Below, one piece after another: positions 11,078 to 21,240 of a DNA stretch of 64,000 bases. Within the stretch, counting starts at the first letter, position 1, and each line of letters starts with the position of its first letter. This DNA comes from Escherichia coli (GTDB lineage Bacteria; Pseudomonadota; Gammaproteobacteria; Enterobacterales; Enterobacteriaceae): NCBI RefSeq assembly GCF_001677475.2, contig NZ_CP015229.1; one strand, 5' to 3'. A model generated the notes under the pieces. The model was not told the DNA's origin, ran no database searches, and saw nothing but the letters and a program-made list of their open reading frames with translations. A program made the translations under genes and the position numbers.

Positions 11078-12465
11078 TTCAACAACATCTCCAAAAACCG
11101 TTGCTCATCTTCAAGGCAGCGTAAATCCAGCCACAATCGTCCGTCATAAATACGACCAATCACCGGCACTGGCAATTCACGCCAGCGGGCGGCTAATGAC
11201 TCAAGGTGGCTACCGCGTCCATCATGGGGTGTAAACGTTAATGCCGCGCTCGGCAGGCGATCAACCGGCAGCGAACCACTGCCAATCTGCGAAAGACATG
11301 GCATAACCTGGACTGCAAACTCCGCGCCGTAATGTGCGGCAAGGGGAGCCTGTAAACGTTGTGCCTGGATTTGAATGACCTCTGCGCTGCGGGTAAGCAG
11401 GCGCAGGGTCGGTAATTTTTCACTCAGCGCCTCAGGGTGTAAATAAAGACGCAGCGTGGCTTCCAGCGCCGCGAGGGTCATTTTATCCGCGCGTAATGCA
11501 CGCTTCAGTGGATGGCTTTGCAGGCGGGCGATCATCTCTTTTTTACCAACGATAATCCCTGCCTGCGGCCCGCCTAACAACTTGTCGCCGGAGAAGCTCA
11601 CCAGGCTGACGCCCGCCGCAATCAACTCCTGCGGCATCGGCTCTTTCGGCAAACCGTACTGGCTAAGATCGACCAGCGAACCACTGCCTAAATCAGTCAC
11701 TACGGGAACATCCAGTTCTTTGCCAAGCGCCACCAGTTCAGCTTCATCTATCGCTTTGGTGAACCCCTGAATGCTGTAGTTACTGGTATGTACTTTCATC
11801 AACAGTGCGGTATTTTCATTCACCGCCTGACGATAATCATTCGCGTGCGTGCGGTTGGTGGTCCCCACTTCGTGCAGGGTACAGCCAGCCTGACGCATGA
11901 CGTCAGGGATACGAAACGCGCCGCCGATCTCCACCAGTTCGCCACGAGACACCACCACCTCTTTACCGCTGGCAGTGGCCGCCAACATCAATAACACCGC
12001 CGCCGCATTGTTATTAACGATACAGGCATCTTCCGCCCCCGTAATACGGCACAGCAGCTGCGCCAGCGCACGATCGCGATGTCCGCGTCCGGCGTCGTCC
12101 AGATCGTACTCCAGCGTCACCGGCGAACGCATAGCCTGCGCAACGGCTTCCACCGCGGCTTCTGCCTGTAAAGCTCGCCCAAGATTGGTATGCAGCACGG
12201 TTCCCGTCAGGTTGATCACCGGACGCAGCGCGCTCTGCGCTTCTTTCGTCAACCGGGCATCGACTTCTTGCGCCCAGTTCTCACACCACGCGGGCAGCGT
12301 CTGGCTGTCACGAATCACTTCTCGCGCTTCGTCAAGCATCTGACGCAGCAATTCCACCACGCGGGTGTGACCATAAGTATCACGCAAAGAAAGGAAGGAG
12401 CTATCGCGCAATAAGCGATCAATAGCCGGAAGTTGACTATAGAGGGAACGCGTTTCGGTTGTCAT
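11074..12465 (-). CDS. selA: L-seryl-tRNA(Sec) selenium transferase SelA
   Basis: 463-aa ORF recognised as SelA ([19 protein letters not shown]…), PLP-dependent fold. Confidence 0.95.
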   Translation of the reverse strand: MTTETRSLYSQLPAIDRLLRDSSFLSLRDTYGHTRVVELLRQMLDEAREVIRDSQTLPAWCENWAQEVDARLTKEAQSALRPVINLTGTVLHTNLGRALQAEAAVEAVAQAMRSPVTLEYDLDDAGRGHRDRALAQLLCRITGAEDACIVNNNAAAVLLMLAATASGKEVVVSRGELVEIGGAFRIPDVMRQAGCTLHEVGTTNRTHANDYRQAVNENTALLMKVHTSNYSIQGFTKAIDEAELVALGKELDVPVVTDLGSGSLVDLSQYGLPKEPMPQELIAAGVSLVSFSGDKLLGGPQAGIIVGKKEMIARLQSHPLKRALRADKMTLAALEATLRLYLHPEALSEKLPTLRLLTRSAEVIQIQAQRLQAPLAAHYGAEFAVQVMPCLSQIGSGSLPVDRLPSAALTFTPHDGRGSHLESLAARWRELPVPVIGRIYDGRLWLDLRCLEDEQRFLEMLLK

Positions 12466-12562
12466 AGGAAACCTGGCTAATCAAGGCTCTCTCACACGGA
12501 GAAGGGCGTTTAACATAACCACGGATTGTAACGTGAGATGGGTCAGGAGGACATATCGCGCA

Positions 12563-13171
12563 TCAAGCCTTTGGCGGTTCGGTGCGAGCAAAACTTTCGC
12601 GGCTAAACAGGTTTTCGACCAGTTTGACTAAGTGTGGGCGGTCGACACACCAGCCTGGCGCAACGCGGCGGAAATTGAGATATCCGACGGCACAGGCAAT
12701 GGCGATAGTCGCCAGATTGACCGTATCGGTTTTGAGTGTGCCATCGACCAGATATCCTTCCAGCACATCCAGACTGCGGTTGATTTTCTCCCGCTGGCGT
12801 AACAATTCATCTTCAGACTGCTGCGCCGCCGGACGCGCCTGTTCGCGCACCGACACCAGCCCGGCATCCATAATACCGTCGGCCAGCGCCTCAATTTTAC
12901 GCACTCGCAACGACTCCAGCGGATCGCGCGGCAACATCGCCGGAGCGACATTCATTAATTCAATATATTCGGCAATGATCGGCGAATCAAACCAACATTC
13001 GCCCTCTTCGGTCACCAGCACCGGCACTTTCCCTAACGGGTTAAATTGCGCCACGCCGTTGTCCGCGTTATAGGGCAGCTCATTAATAAATTCGAAAGTT
13101 ATGCCCTTTTCTAACAACAGAATAGAAAGTTTGCGTACAAACGGGCTGGTGTAGCTACCGACGAGTTTCAT
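12563..13171 (-). CDS. yibF: Glutathione S-transferase-like protein YibF
   Basis: 202-aa ORF with GST N-terminal thioredoxin-like fold ([24 protein letters not shown]…). Confidence 0.85.
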
Positions 13172-13241
13172 GCCGAGTCCTTTGTGCGAGGAAAAATATC
13201 AGTATGGCTCAGGCTCGCGCAAAACACAGGTGACATAAGTC

Positions 13242-14378
13242 TCAATGATCCAAATAAAGATAATGCATCCAACTGGTCATTCTCAGCAGCACCTTCCGCA
13301 TCACCGAAACATGGCTGAAATGGTCGGAGTAAACTGCTACCTGGGCGTAAATGCCGTCGGGTAAGGCATCGATATCATCGTTGGGGTCCAGTTCAATGGT
13401 TCCCAGCACACCGTCCGTGCCGGGCACGACCGTTAATGATTGCAATACCCCCTGCGCCTGATAAGAACCGCCTGGCACGACAGGTAAAATACTGGTCAGT
13501 TTGCCGTGGAACACCTGCCCAGGTAGCGCGTTAAACACCACTTCCGCATCATCGCCGGGTTTCAGACGTAACAGCGAGTTCTGCCGAAATTGGGCGACAA
13601 TTTGCCGTTTTTGCTCGGGGATGAAAACCATCACCGGACGTAGCGGCAAGGCAGCTGCGTATGTACCTGGGCGGATCAGTACCTGAGTAACGTAGCCATT
13701 GCTTGGTGCGCGAATGACAGTCTGCTCAAGGTTATATTTTGCTTCAGTAAGTTGCGCTCTTAAGCTCACAATCTGCGACTGCTCGCCGTTAACCATACTG
13801 TCGAGCTGGCTCTGGATCTGCGCCTGCTCCGCCACCGAGCCTTTCACCAGCGCGTCCTGCGCGAGGAAGTTTTGCCGCGCATCGTCGATGTCACGTTCCG
13901 AGAACGGATTCACCGCCGCCTGGCTACCTTTCAGGTAACGTTGATAATTTTTAAACAGACGGTCGCGCTCCGCTGAAACCTGGGTGGTGTTGGCCTGCGC
14001 TTCAGTGAGCTGGGCGCGCAGCGTCTTTATATTATGCGTCGCCGTCATCAGGTCAGCCTGAAGTCTGTCAACTCGCGCCTGGTAACGAACCGGGTCGAGT
14101 TTAAAAAGCACCTCGCCCTTTTGAATAAGCTGATTATTCTTGTCAGTGACTTCAGTAACAATTCCCGTCACCTGTGGCGTGATGGGGATCGCTATCACTG
14201 CCTTTTGCGCGGTAAAAGTGTAAGGATGGTTGTAGTTCATCAATAAAATCAAACCACTCACCAGAAATACGCCTCCCAACGCCGCCGTCGCCAGCGTCCA
14301 CTGATTCACCGGAATGCGGAAGATTTTAAATACTGCCCATGCCAGCGCCACGTAAGTTAAAACAATTAACAGATCCAT
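13242..14378 (-). CDS. yibH: HlyD-family periplasmic adaptor protein YibH (paralog of YiaV)
   Basis: 378 aa; co-linear with YiaV over its full length with identical C-terminus (…[33 protein letters not shown]). Confidence 0.85.
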   Translation of the reverse strand: MDLLIVLTYVALAWAVFKIFRIPVNQWTLATAALGGVFLVSGLILLMNYNHPYTFTAQKAVIAIPITPQVTGIVTEVTDKNNQLIQKGEVLFKLDPVRYQARVDRLQADLMTATHNIKTLRAQLTEAQANTTQVSAERDRLFKNYQRYLKGSQAAVNPFSERDIDDARQNFLAQDALVKGSVAEQAQIQSQLDSMVNGEQSQIVSLRAQLTEAKYNLEQTVIRAPSNGYVTQVLIRPGTYAAALPLRPVMVFIPEQKRQIVAQFRQNSLLRLKPGDDAEVVFNALPGQVFHGKLTSILPVVPGGSYQAQGVLQSLTVVPGTDGVLGTIELDPNDDIDALPDGIYAQVAVYSDHFSHVSVMRKVLLRMTSWMHYLYLDH

Positions 14379-14380
14379 AA

Positions 14381-14743
14381 TCAGATCTCCGGGAACGTGG
14401 AATAGTCACTCTTTTTTTCAGCTGCAAGTTGGTGCTCCAGCCGGGAAATACGGTCAGAAAGTGCGGCGATTTCCGGGTCAGTCACTTTCTCCTGCGACGC
14501 AACATGTGACTGCATGCCCCAGCCGCGCTCCGGTTGATAGAGCGTCGCCCAGATCCACAGAAACGGCCAGATAACATGCAGAGTAAACAGGCTAACCCAG
14601 CCCGCCGTATGAATAGCGTCGGCATGGGGATGGTTGCGCTTTTTGGCAATCAAATAAGGGATGTCATGTATCGCGATGATTCCATAAAAAATCACCAGAA
14701 AGACGAAGATCAGCACTCCCAACGCGAAGTAGTTTAGAAACAT
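14381..14743 (-). CDS. yibI: Small inner-membrane protein YibI (paralog of YiaW, DUF3302-like)
   Basis: 120 aa, [23 protein letters not shown]…; ATG at 14743 preceded by GAGG; stop 3 nt before the yibH start. Confidence 0.8.
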   Translation of the reverse strand: MFLNYFALGVLIFVFLVIFYGIIAIHDIPYLIAKKRNHPHADAIHTAGWVSLFTLHVIWPFLWIWATLYQPERGWGMQSHVASQEKVTDPEIAALSDRISRLEHQLAAEKKSDYSTFPEI

Positions 14744-14959
14744 ATCTGCCTCGGATTCACGCTTATCAGTGTTGTTTTTTGGCTGGCAGCCGGAAGGGAG
14801 TCAGGCTGATACTTTGACATTAATCTGCGTTTGCCAATCTCGCCATCACACCGAAGGATAATTTTAAAAGGCGATGAGTTGCTCAGTTACAAAACTGTCT
14901 TAAGGCAAAGTCAGAACATGTTGCAGATCACATCAGGTGAATTACCGAAGAAAATATCT

Positions 14960-15136
14960 TGTGATTCAGATCACAAAAATCTAACAAACCATCAAAACAA
15001 AAATGTGACATTACTCACATTTAAATGCCATTTTTAGCGAAAATCGCCGCCTTGTTGCTTTTTTACACAAGCGTTTTGTGATGAACGTCACGCCAATTAC
15101 CTCTCTACCCCCTATATTTATGTGACTGATATCACA
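14960..15136 (+). promoter_or_regulatory. mtl operon control region with four CRP-consensus sites
   Basis: TGTGA-N6-TCACA matches at 14960-14975 (tgtgattcagatcaca), 15004-15019 (tgtgacattactcaca), 15077-15092 (tgtgatgaacgtcacg), 15121-15136 (tgtgactgatatcaca), all upstream of mtlA ATG 15280. Confidence 0.6.
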
Positions 15137-15279
15137 CAAAAGACCGTCGACTGGACAGTTAACCGATTCAGTGCCAGATTTCGCAGTATCTACAAGGTCC
15201 GGCTACCTCTGCCGCCACATTAACAAAAAACCTCGGGCTTCCAGCCTGCGCGACAGCAAACATAAGAAGGGGTGTTTTT

Positions 15280-17193
15280 ATGTCATCCGATATTAAGATC
15301 AAAGTGCAAAGCTTTGGTCGTTTCCTCAGCAACATGGTGATGCCAAATATCGGCGCGTTTATCGCGTGGGGTATCATCACCGCGTTATTTATTCCAACAG
15401 GGTGGTTACCGAACGAAACGCTGGCGAAGCTGGTCGGGCCGATGATCACTTATCTCCTGCCGCTGCTGATCGGTTATACCGGTGGTAAGCTGGTAGGCGG
15501 CGAACGTGGCGGCGTAGTCGGTGCCATTACCACCATGGGCGTTATCGTCGGCGCAGACATGCCGATGTTCCTCGGTTCTATGATTGCAGGTCCGCTGGGC
15601 GGCTGGTGCATTAAGCACTTCGACCGCTGGGTAGACGGTAAGATCAAATCCGGTTTTGAGATGCTGGTGAATAACTTCTCCGCAGGCATCATCGGGATGA
15701 TCCTCGCTATTCTGGCATTCCTCGGCATTGGCCCGATTGTTGAAGCCCTGTCCAAAATGCTGGCTGCGGGCGTTAACTTCATGGTTGTCCATGACATGCT
15801 GCCGCTGGCGTCTATCTTTGTTGAACCGGCGAAAATCCTGTTCCTCAACAACGCCATTAACCACGGTATCTTCTCGCCGCTGGGCATTCAGCAGTCCCAT
15901 GAACTGGGTAAATCCATCTTCTTCCTGATTGAAGCTAACCCAGGTCCAGGTATGGGCGTGCTGCTGGCGTACATGTTCTTTGGTCGTGGCAGTGCTAAAC
16001 AATCTGCGGGCGGTGCGGCAATCATCCACTTCCTGGGTGGTATCCACGAAATCTACTTCCCGTATGTGCTGATGAATCCGCGTCTGATTCTGGCCGTTAT
16101 TCTCGGCGGTATGACTGGCGTGTTCACGCTAACTATCCTGGGCGGTGGTCTGGTTTCTCCGGCATCTCCAGGTTCTATCCTTGCGGTACTGGCGATGACA
16201 CCAAAAGGTGCTTATTTCGCTAACATCGCGGGTGTGTGTGCGGCGATGGCTGTCTCCTTCGTTGTCTCTGCTATTTTGCTGAAAACCAGCAAAGTGAAAG
16301 AAGAAGATGATATTGAAGCAGCAACTCGTCGTATGCAGGACATGAAAGCTGAGTCTAAAGGTGCGTCTCCGCTGTCTGCGGGCGATGTGACTAACGACCT
16401 GAGCCACGTACGTAAAATCATCGTTGCCTGTGACGCCGGTATGGGTTCCAGTGCAATGGGCGCAGGCGTGCTGCGTAAGAAAATTCAGGATGCAGGTCTG
16501 TCGCAGATTTCGGTCACTAACAGCGCGATCAACAACCTGCCGCCAGATGTGGACCTGGTCATCACTCACCGTGACCTGACCGAACGCGCTATGCGCCAGG
16601 TTCCGCAGGCACAGCATATTTCGCTGACCAACTTCCTCGACAGCGGCTTGTACACCAGCCTGACCGAACGTCTGGTTGCTGCCCAGCGCCATACTGAAAA
16701 CGAAGTAAAAGTGAAAGACAGTCTGAAAGACAGCTTTGACGATTCCAGTGCTAACCTGTTCAAGCTAGGCGCGGAGAACATCTTCCTCGGTCGCAAAGCG
16801 GCCACCAAAGAAGAAGCGATTCGTTTTGCTGGCGAGCAACTGGTGAAAGGCGGTTACGTTGAGCCGGAATATGTTCAGGCGATGCTGGATCGTGAAAAAC
16901 TGACCCCGACTTATCTGGGTGAGTCTATCGCGGTGCCACACGGTACGGTTGAAGCGAAAGATCGCGTACTCAAAACGGGCGTCGTGTTCTGCCAGTACCC
17001 GGAAGGCGTACGCTTCGGTGAAGAAGAAGATGACATTGCCCGTCTGGTGATTGGTATTGCTGCCCGTAACAACGAGCACATTCAGGTTATAACCAGCCTG
17101 ACCAATGCACTGGATGATGAGACTGTCATCGAGCGTCTGGCACACACCACCAGCGTGGATGAAGTGCTGGAACTGCTGGCAGGTCGTAAGTAA
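15280..17193 (+). CDS. mtlA: PTS mannitol-specific EIICBA component
   Basis: 637-aa ORF; membrane EIIC domain followed by EIIB and EIIA domains. Confidence 0.95.
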   Translation: MSSDIKIKVQSFGRFLSNMVMPNIGAFIAWGIITALFIPTGWLPNETLAKLVGPMITYLLPLLIGYTGGKLVGGERGGVVGAITTMGVIVGADMPMFLGSMIAGPLGGWCIKHFDRWVDGKIKSGFEMLVNNFSAGIIGMILAILAFLGIGPIVEALSKMLAAGVNFMVVHDMLPLASIFVEPAKILFLNNAINHGIFSPLGIQQSHELGKSIFFLIEANPGPGMGVLLAYMFFGRGSAKQSAGGAAIIHFLGGIHEIYFPYVLMNPRLILAVILGGMTGVFTLTILGGGLVSPASPGSILAVLAMTPKGAYFANIAGVCAAMAVSFVVSAILLKTSKVKEEDDIEAATRRMQDMKAESKGASPLSAGDVTNDLSHVRKIIVACDAGMGSSAMGAGVLRKKIQDAGLSQISVTNSAINNLPPDVDLVITHRDLTERAMRQVPQAQHISLTNFLDSGLYTSLTERLVAAQRHTENEVKVKDSLKDSFDDSSANLFKLGAENIFLGRKAATKEEAIRFAGEQLVKGGYVEPEYVQAMLDREKLTPTYLGESIAVPHGTVEAKDRVLKTGVVFCQYPEGVRFGEEEDDIARLVIGIAARNNEHIQVITSLTNALDDETVIERLAHTTSVDEVLELLAGRK

Positions 17194-17199
17194 TCCAAT

Positions 17200-17385
<186 letters not shown>

Positions 17386-17421
17386 CCCTCTCGGGTAAAA
17401 ACATTGATGAAGGTTAATACT

Positions 17422-18570
17422 ATGAAAGCATTACATTTTGGCGCAGGTAATATCGGTCGTGGCTTTATCGGTAAACTGCTGGCAGACGCGGGTATCCAAC
17501 TGACGTTTGCCGATGTCAATCAGGTGGTACTTGATGCCCTGAATGCCCGTCATAGCTATCAGGTTCATGTGGTCGGTGAAACCGAGCAGGTAGATACCGT
17601 TTCCGGCGTCAATGCCGTCAGCAGCATTGGTGATGATGTCGTTGATCTGATTGCTCAGGTTGATTTAGTCACTACCGCCGTTGGTCCGGTTGTGCTGGAA
17701 CGTATTGCCCCGGCAATCGCCAAAGGGCTGGTGAAACGTAAAGAACAAGGTAATGAATCCCCGCTGAACATCATCGCTTGTGAAAACATGGTCCGCGGCA
17801 CCACACAGCTGAAAGGCCATGTGATGAACGCCCTGCCGGAAGATGCCAAAGCGTGGGTAGAAGAACACGTTGGCTTTGTTGATTCCGCCGTTGACCGCAT
17901 CGTGCCGCCTTCGGCTTCTGCAACCAACGATCCGCTGGAAGTGACGGTAGAAACATTCAGCGAATGGATTGTCGATAAAACTCAGTTCAAAGGCACGCTG
18001 CCAAACATTCCTGGTATGGAGTTAACCGACAACCTGATGGCGTTTGTCGAACGTAAACTCTTCACCCTGAACACGGGTCATGCTATAACCGCGTACCTCG
18101 GAAAACTGGCCGGTCATCAGACCATTCGTGACGCTATTCTCGACGAGAAAATCCGCGCGGTGGTTAAAGGTGCGATGGAAGAAAGTGGTGCAGTATTGAT
18201 CAAGCGCTACGGCTTTGACGCTGACAAGCATGCGGCGTACATCCAGAAAATCCTCGGCCGTTTCGAGAACCCGTATCTGAAAGATGATGTAGAGCGCGTA
18301 GGCCGTCAGCCGCTGCGTAAACTGAGTGCTGGCGACCGTCTGATCAAGCCACTGCTGGGTACGCTGGAATACGGCCTTCCGCACAAGAATCTGATTCAGG
18401 GGATTGCTGGTGCAATGCACTTCCGCAGTGAAGATGATCCGCAGGCTCAGGAGCTGGCAGCACTGATCGCTGACAAAGGCCCGCAGGCGGCGCTGGCACA
18501 GATTTCCGGTCTTGATGCCAACAGCGAGGTTGTATCCGAGGCGGTAACCGCTTATAAAGCAATGCAATAA
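17422..18570 (+). CDS. mtlD: Mannitol-1-phosphate 5-dehydrogenase
   Basis: Track ORF starts at 17239 inside the REP region; conserved start is ATG 17422 ([17 protein letters not shown]… NAD-binding motif), 382 aa. Confidence 0.95.
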   Translation: MKALHFGAGNIGRGFIGKLLADAGIQLTFADVNQVVLDALNARHSYQVHVVGETEQVDTVSGVNAVSSIGDDVVDLIAQVDLVTTAVGPVVLERIAPAIAKGLVKRKEQGNESPLNIIACENMVRGTTQLKGHVMNALPEDAKAWVEEHVGFVDSAVDRIVPPSASATNDPLEVTVETFSEWIVDKTQFKGTLPNIPGMELTDNLMAFVERKLFTLNTGHAITAYLGKLAGHQTIRDAILDEKIRAVVKGAMEESGAVLIKRYGFDADKHAAYIQKILGRFENPYLKDDVERVGRQPLRKLSAGDRLIKPLLGTLEYGLPHKNLIQGIAGAMHFRSEDDPQAQELAALIADKGPQAALAQISGLDANSEVVSEAVTAYKAMQ

Positions 18571-19157
18571 TGGTGGACCAGGCGCAGGACACCCTGCGCC
18601 CGAATAACAGATTGTCAGATATGCAGGCAACAATGGAACAAACCCAGGCCTTTGAAAACCGTGTGCTTGAGCGTCTGAATGCTGGCAAAACCGTGCGAAG
18701 CTTTCTGATCACCGCCGTCGAGCTTTTGACCGAGGCGGTAAATCTTCTGGTGCTTCAGGTATTCCGCAAAGACGATTACGCGGTGAAGTATGCTGTAGAA
18801 CCGTTACTCGACGGCGACGGTCCGCTGGGCGATCTTTCTGTGCGTTTAAAACTCATTTACGGGTTGGGTGTCATTAACCGCCAGGAATACGAAGATGCGG
18901 AGCTACTGATGGCATTGCGTGAAGAGCTAAATCACGACGGCAACGAGTACGCGTTTACCGATGATGAAATCCTTGGACCCTTTGGTGAACTGCATTGCGT
19001 GGCGGCGTTACCACCGCCGCCACAGTTTGAACTTGCAGACGCCAGTTTGTATGCAATGCAAATTCAGCGTTACCAACAGGCTGTGCGATCAACAATGGTC
19101 CTTTCACTGACAGAGCTGATTTCCAAAATCAGCTTAAAAAAAGCCTTTCAAAAGTAA
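18570..19157 (+). CDS. mtlR: Mannitol operon repressor
   Basis: 195-aa ORF; ATG overlaps the mtlD TAA (taATGg). Confidence 0.9.
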   Translation: MVDQAQDTLRPNNRLSDMQATMEQTQAFENRVLERLNAGKTVRSFLITAVELLTEAVNLLVLQVFRKDDYAVKYAVEPLLDGDGPLGDLSVRLKLIYGLGVINRQEYEDAELLMALREELNHDGNEYAFTDDEILGPFGELHCVAALPPPPQFELADASLYAMQIQRYQQAVRSTMVLSLTELISKISLKKAFQK

Positions 19158-19167
19158 GTACTTTCGC

Positions 19168-19377
19168 TTACTTCTCCTCTACCTGTTTCGGCCGATAAAG
19201 CCGACGATAATACTCCAGACGTTGTAGATATAACGGCACGCTTTCATCAGGTATTCCGGACGGAATCGCGTTACGGGGAGGTAGTTTTTTCAGATACTCC
19301 CGGAACGCCTGGCTGGATGCCATGAAATCTACGGCTTTATCGATAAGAAGCGGAACGTTTTCACCTAATTTGCCCAT
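19168..19377 (-). CDS. yibT: Small protein YibT
   Basis: 69-aa ORF ([39 protein letters not shown]…) convergent with mtlR. Confidence 0.75.
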   Translation of the reverse strand: MGKLGENVPLLIDKAVDFMASSQAFREYLKKLPPRNAIPSGIPDESVPLYLQRLEYYRRLYRPKQVEEK

Positions 19378-19660
19378 GATGATATCTCCGAATTACCCCG
19401 CGCCGGGAATGCGCGGCCGCCAATTTTAGTTTAGATCCCGGTATAAATGACATTAAGGAAAACGTGCTCAATCCTCAATAATCATCCGCTTCTGTTAATT
19501 ATCTTTTTTCTATAAATTTCTTAGTTAATCAACAAATTGCGTGCTTTTTAAGCAAGTTAATGATTACGTTATAGAACTATTGCAATGTCATCAGTTGTGA
19601 ACAAAGCACCTGGTCGCGCATACTAGGGGCTATAAATTTATCTTTATCAGAAGTCATCAC

Positions 19661-20023
19661 ATGAAAGAAGTCGAAAAAAACGAAATCAAACGTCTCAGCG
19701 ATCGTCTGGACGCCATCCGTCACCAGCAGGCCGATCTGTCGCTGGTTGAAGCCGCAGACAAATATGCCGAACTGGAAAAAGAGAAAGCTACGCTGGAAGC
19801 TGAAATTGCCCGCCTGCGTGAAGTTCATAGCCAGAAACTCAGCAAAGAAGCACAAAAGCTGATGAAGATGCCGTTCCAGCGTGCGATTACCAAAAAAGAA
19901 CAAGCCGATATGGGTAAGCTGAAGAAGAGTGTCCGTGGGTTAGTCGTAGTGCATCCGATGACCGCACTGGGTCGTGAAATGGGTCTGCAAGAGATGACCG
20001 GGTTCTCAAAGACAGCGTTTTAA
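19661..20023 (+). CDS. yibL: DUF2810-family protein YibL
   Basis: 120-aa ORF ([42 protein letters not shown]…). Confidence 0.85.
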
Positions 20024-20048
20024 CCCTCTTACCTGTATATCTCCCTCA

Positions 20049-20074
20049 CATCCCGCGTTTCTAAATGCGGGATG
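20049..20074 (+). terminator. Candidate stem-loop downstream of yibL
   Basis: Perfect 8-bp stem catcccgc/gcgggatg with a 10-nt loop, 26 nt after the yibL stop; T-rich stretch follows only after ~20 nt. Confidence 0.35.
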
Positions 20075-20513
20075 CAACAAATATCCTCCTCTTTTTCCTC
20101 TGTTACCTCGTAGAGTCTACTTTTTACCAATGGCACTAAATCTGAAAATGCATTCAGTAAAAGGTTTGGTTCGACGCCTAAAAATGGAAGATATCATTCA
20201 TAAAATAAAACTTTTGCCGTTATTTTTTCCATCTACATTCTAAAAACTCACCCAAAACATTTATTGTGTGAATATTAAATGAAAGCTATTTTTCTGCTTT
20301 AAATGCAGTGTTTGACATCTGATAACCCTCCTCATTAAAATCCGCCTCCCTAACACAATTAAACAATTTTAAAACTTAATAAATAATTTTCATAACAAAT
20401 ATATTCGCAACATTCATAAAGCCAGCCGTATAAATCGCAAAAGCATCAACCACAAATGGACACATCCCTTAGACCGCGTTGGTATCAGGGATGATATGTA
20501 AGGATAACTTTAT

Positions 20514-21197
20514 ATGAAAGTGAATAAATTATTGATAAGCGTCCTGGCGGCTTCGACAATACTGATGCTGTCAGGTTGTGATTACGTCGAAAAAACGAAA
20601 GTCGTTGATGAACTCACAAAACAACAAGAAGAACAAAAGGCCAGAATTGATCAACTCGAAAAACGATTAGAACAAGAAACCAAAAAGACAAACACCATTG
20701 AAAAACAAAGCATTAGTCTGATAAACAGTACAAAGCTGCTGGCTCAGGTAGTGAAAGAGATTAAGCATCAGCAAGATACATTTGTCTTTACTGAATTTAA
20801 CCCCGATCAAACAAAATATTTCATTTTAAATAACGGTTCGGTAGGTATTGCCGGCAGGGTGTTATCTGTTGAAGCAATAGAAAATGGCAGTGTTATTCAT
20901 ATGTCATTGGCCAATTTATTAAGTGTTCCCGTATCAAATATTGGTTTTCATGCCACCTGGGGCGGTGAAAGACCGGGTGATCAAAAAGAATATGCCAAAT
21001 GGCAACAACTGCTATTTAGCACCAACATGAACTCCACGCTGAAATTATTACCAGGTCAATGGCAAGACATTAACTTGACGTTAAAAGGGGTGTCTCCCAA
21101 CAACCTGAAATACCTGAAGTTGGCTATTAATATGCAGAATATCAACTTCGACAACCTTCCACCTGCTGATAACCGGCAGAAAAAAAGCAAAAAATAA
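20514..21197 (+). CDS. Inner-membrane lipoprotein, SadB-like putative helper of trimeric autotransporter biogenesis
   Basis: 227 aa; signal peptide with lipobox LSGC then Asp at +2 (C22-D23, inner-membrane retention); charged coiled-coil segment (QQEEQKARIDQLEKRLEQETKK); 43 bp upstream of the adhesin gene on the same strand; AAGGA 9 nt before the ATG. Function assigned by analogy with Salmonella sadB-sadA. Confidence 0.7.
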   Translation: MKVNKLLISVLAASTILMLSGCDYVEKTKVVDELTKQQEEQKARIDQLEKRLEQETKKTNTIEKQSISLINSTKLLAQVVKEIKHQQDTFVFTEFNPDQTKYFILNNGSVGIAGRVLSVEAIENGSVIHMSLANLLSVPVSNIGFHATWGGERPGDQKEYAKWQQLLFSTNMNSTLKLLPGQWQDINLTLKGVSPNNLKYLKLAINMQNINFDNLPPADNRQKKSKK

Positions 21198-21240
21198 ATG
21201 CAGTCATTGCACTTATATCAAGGAATAGAGAGCAACAACA

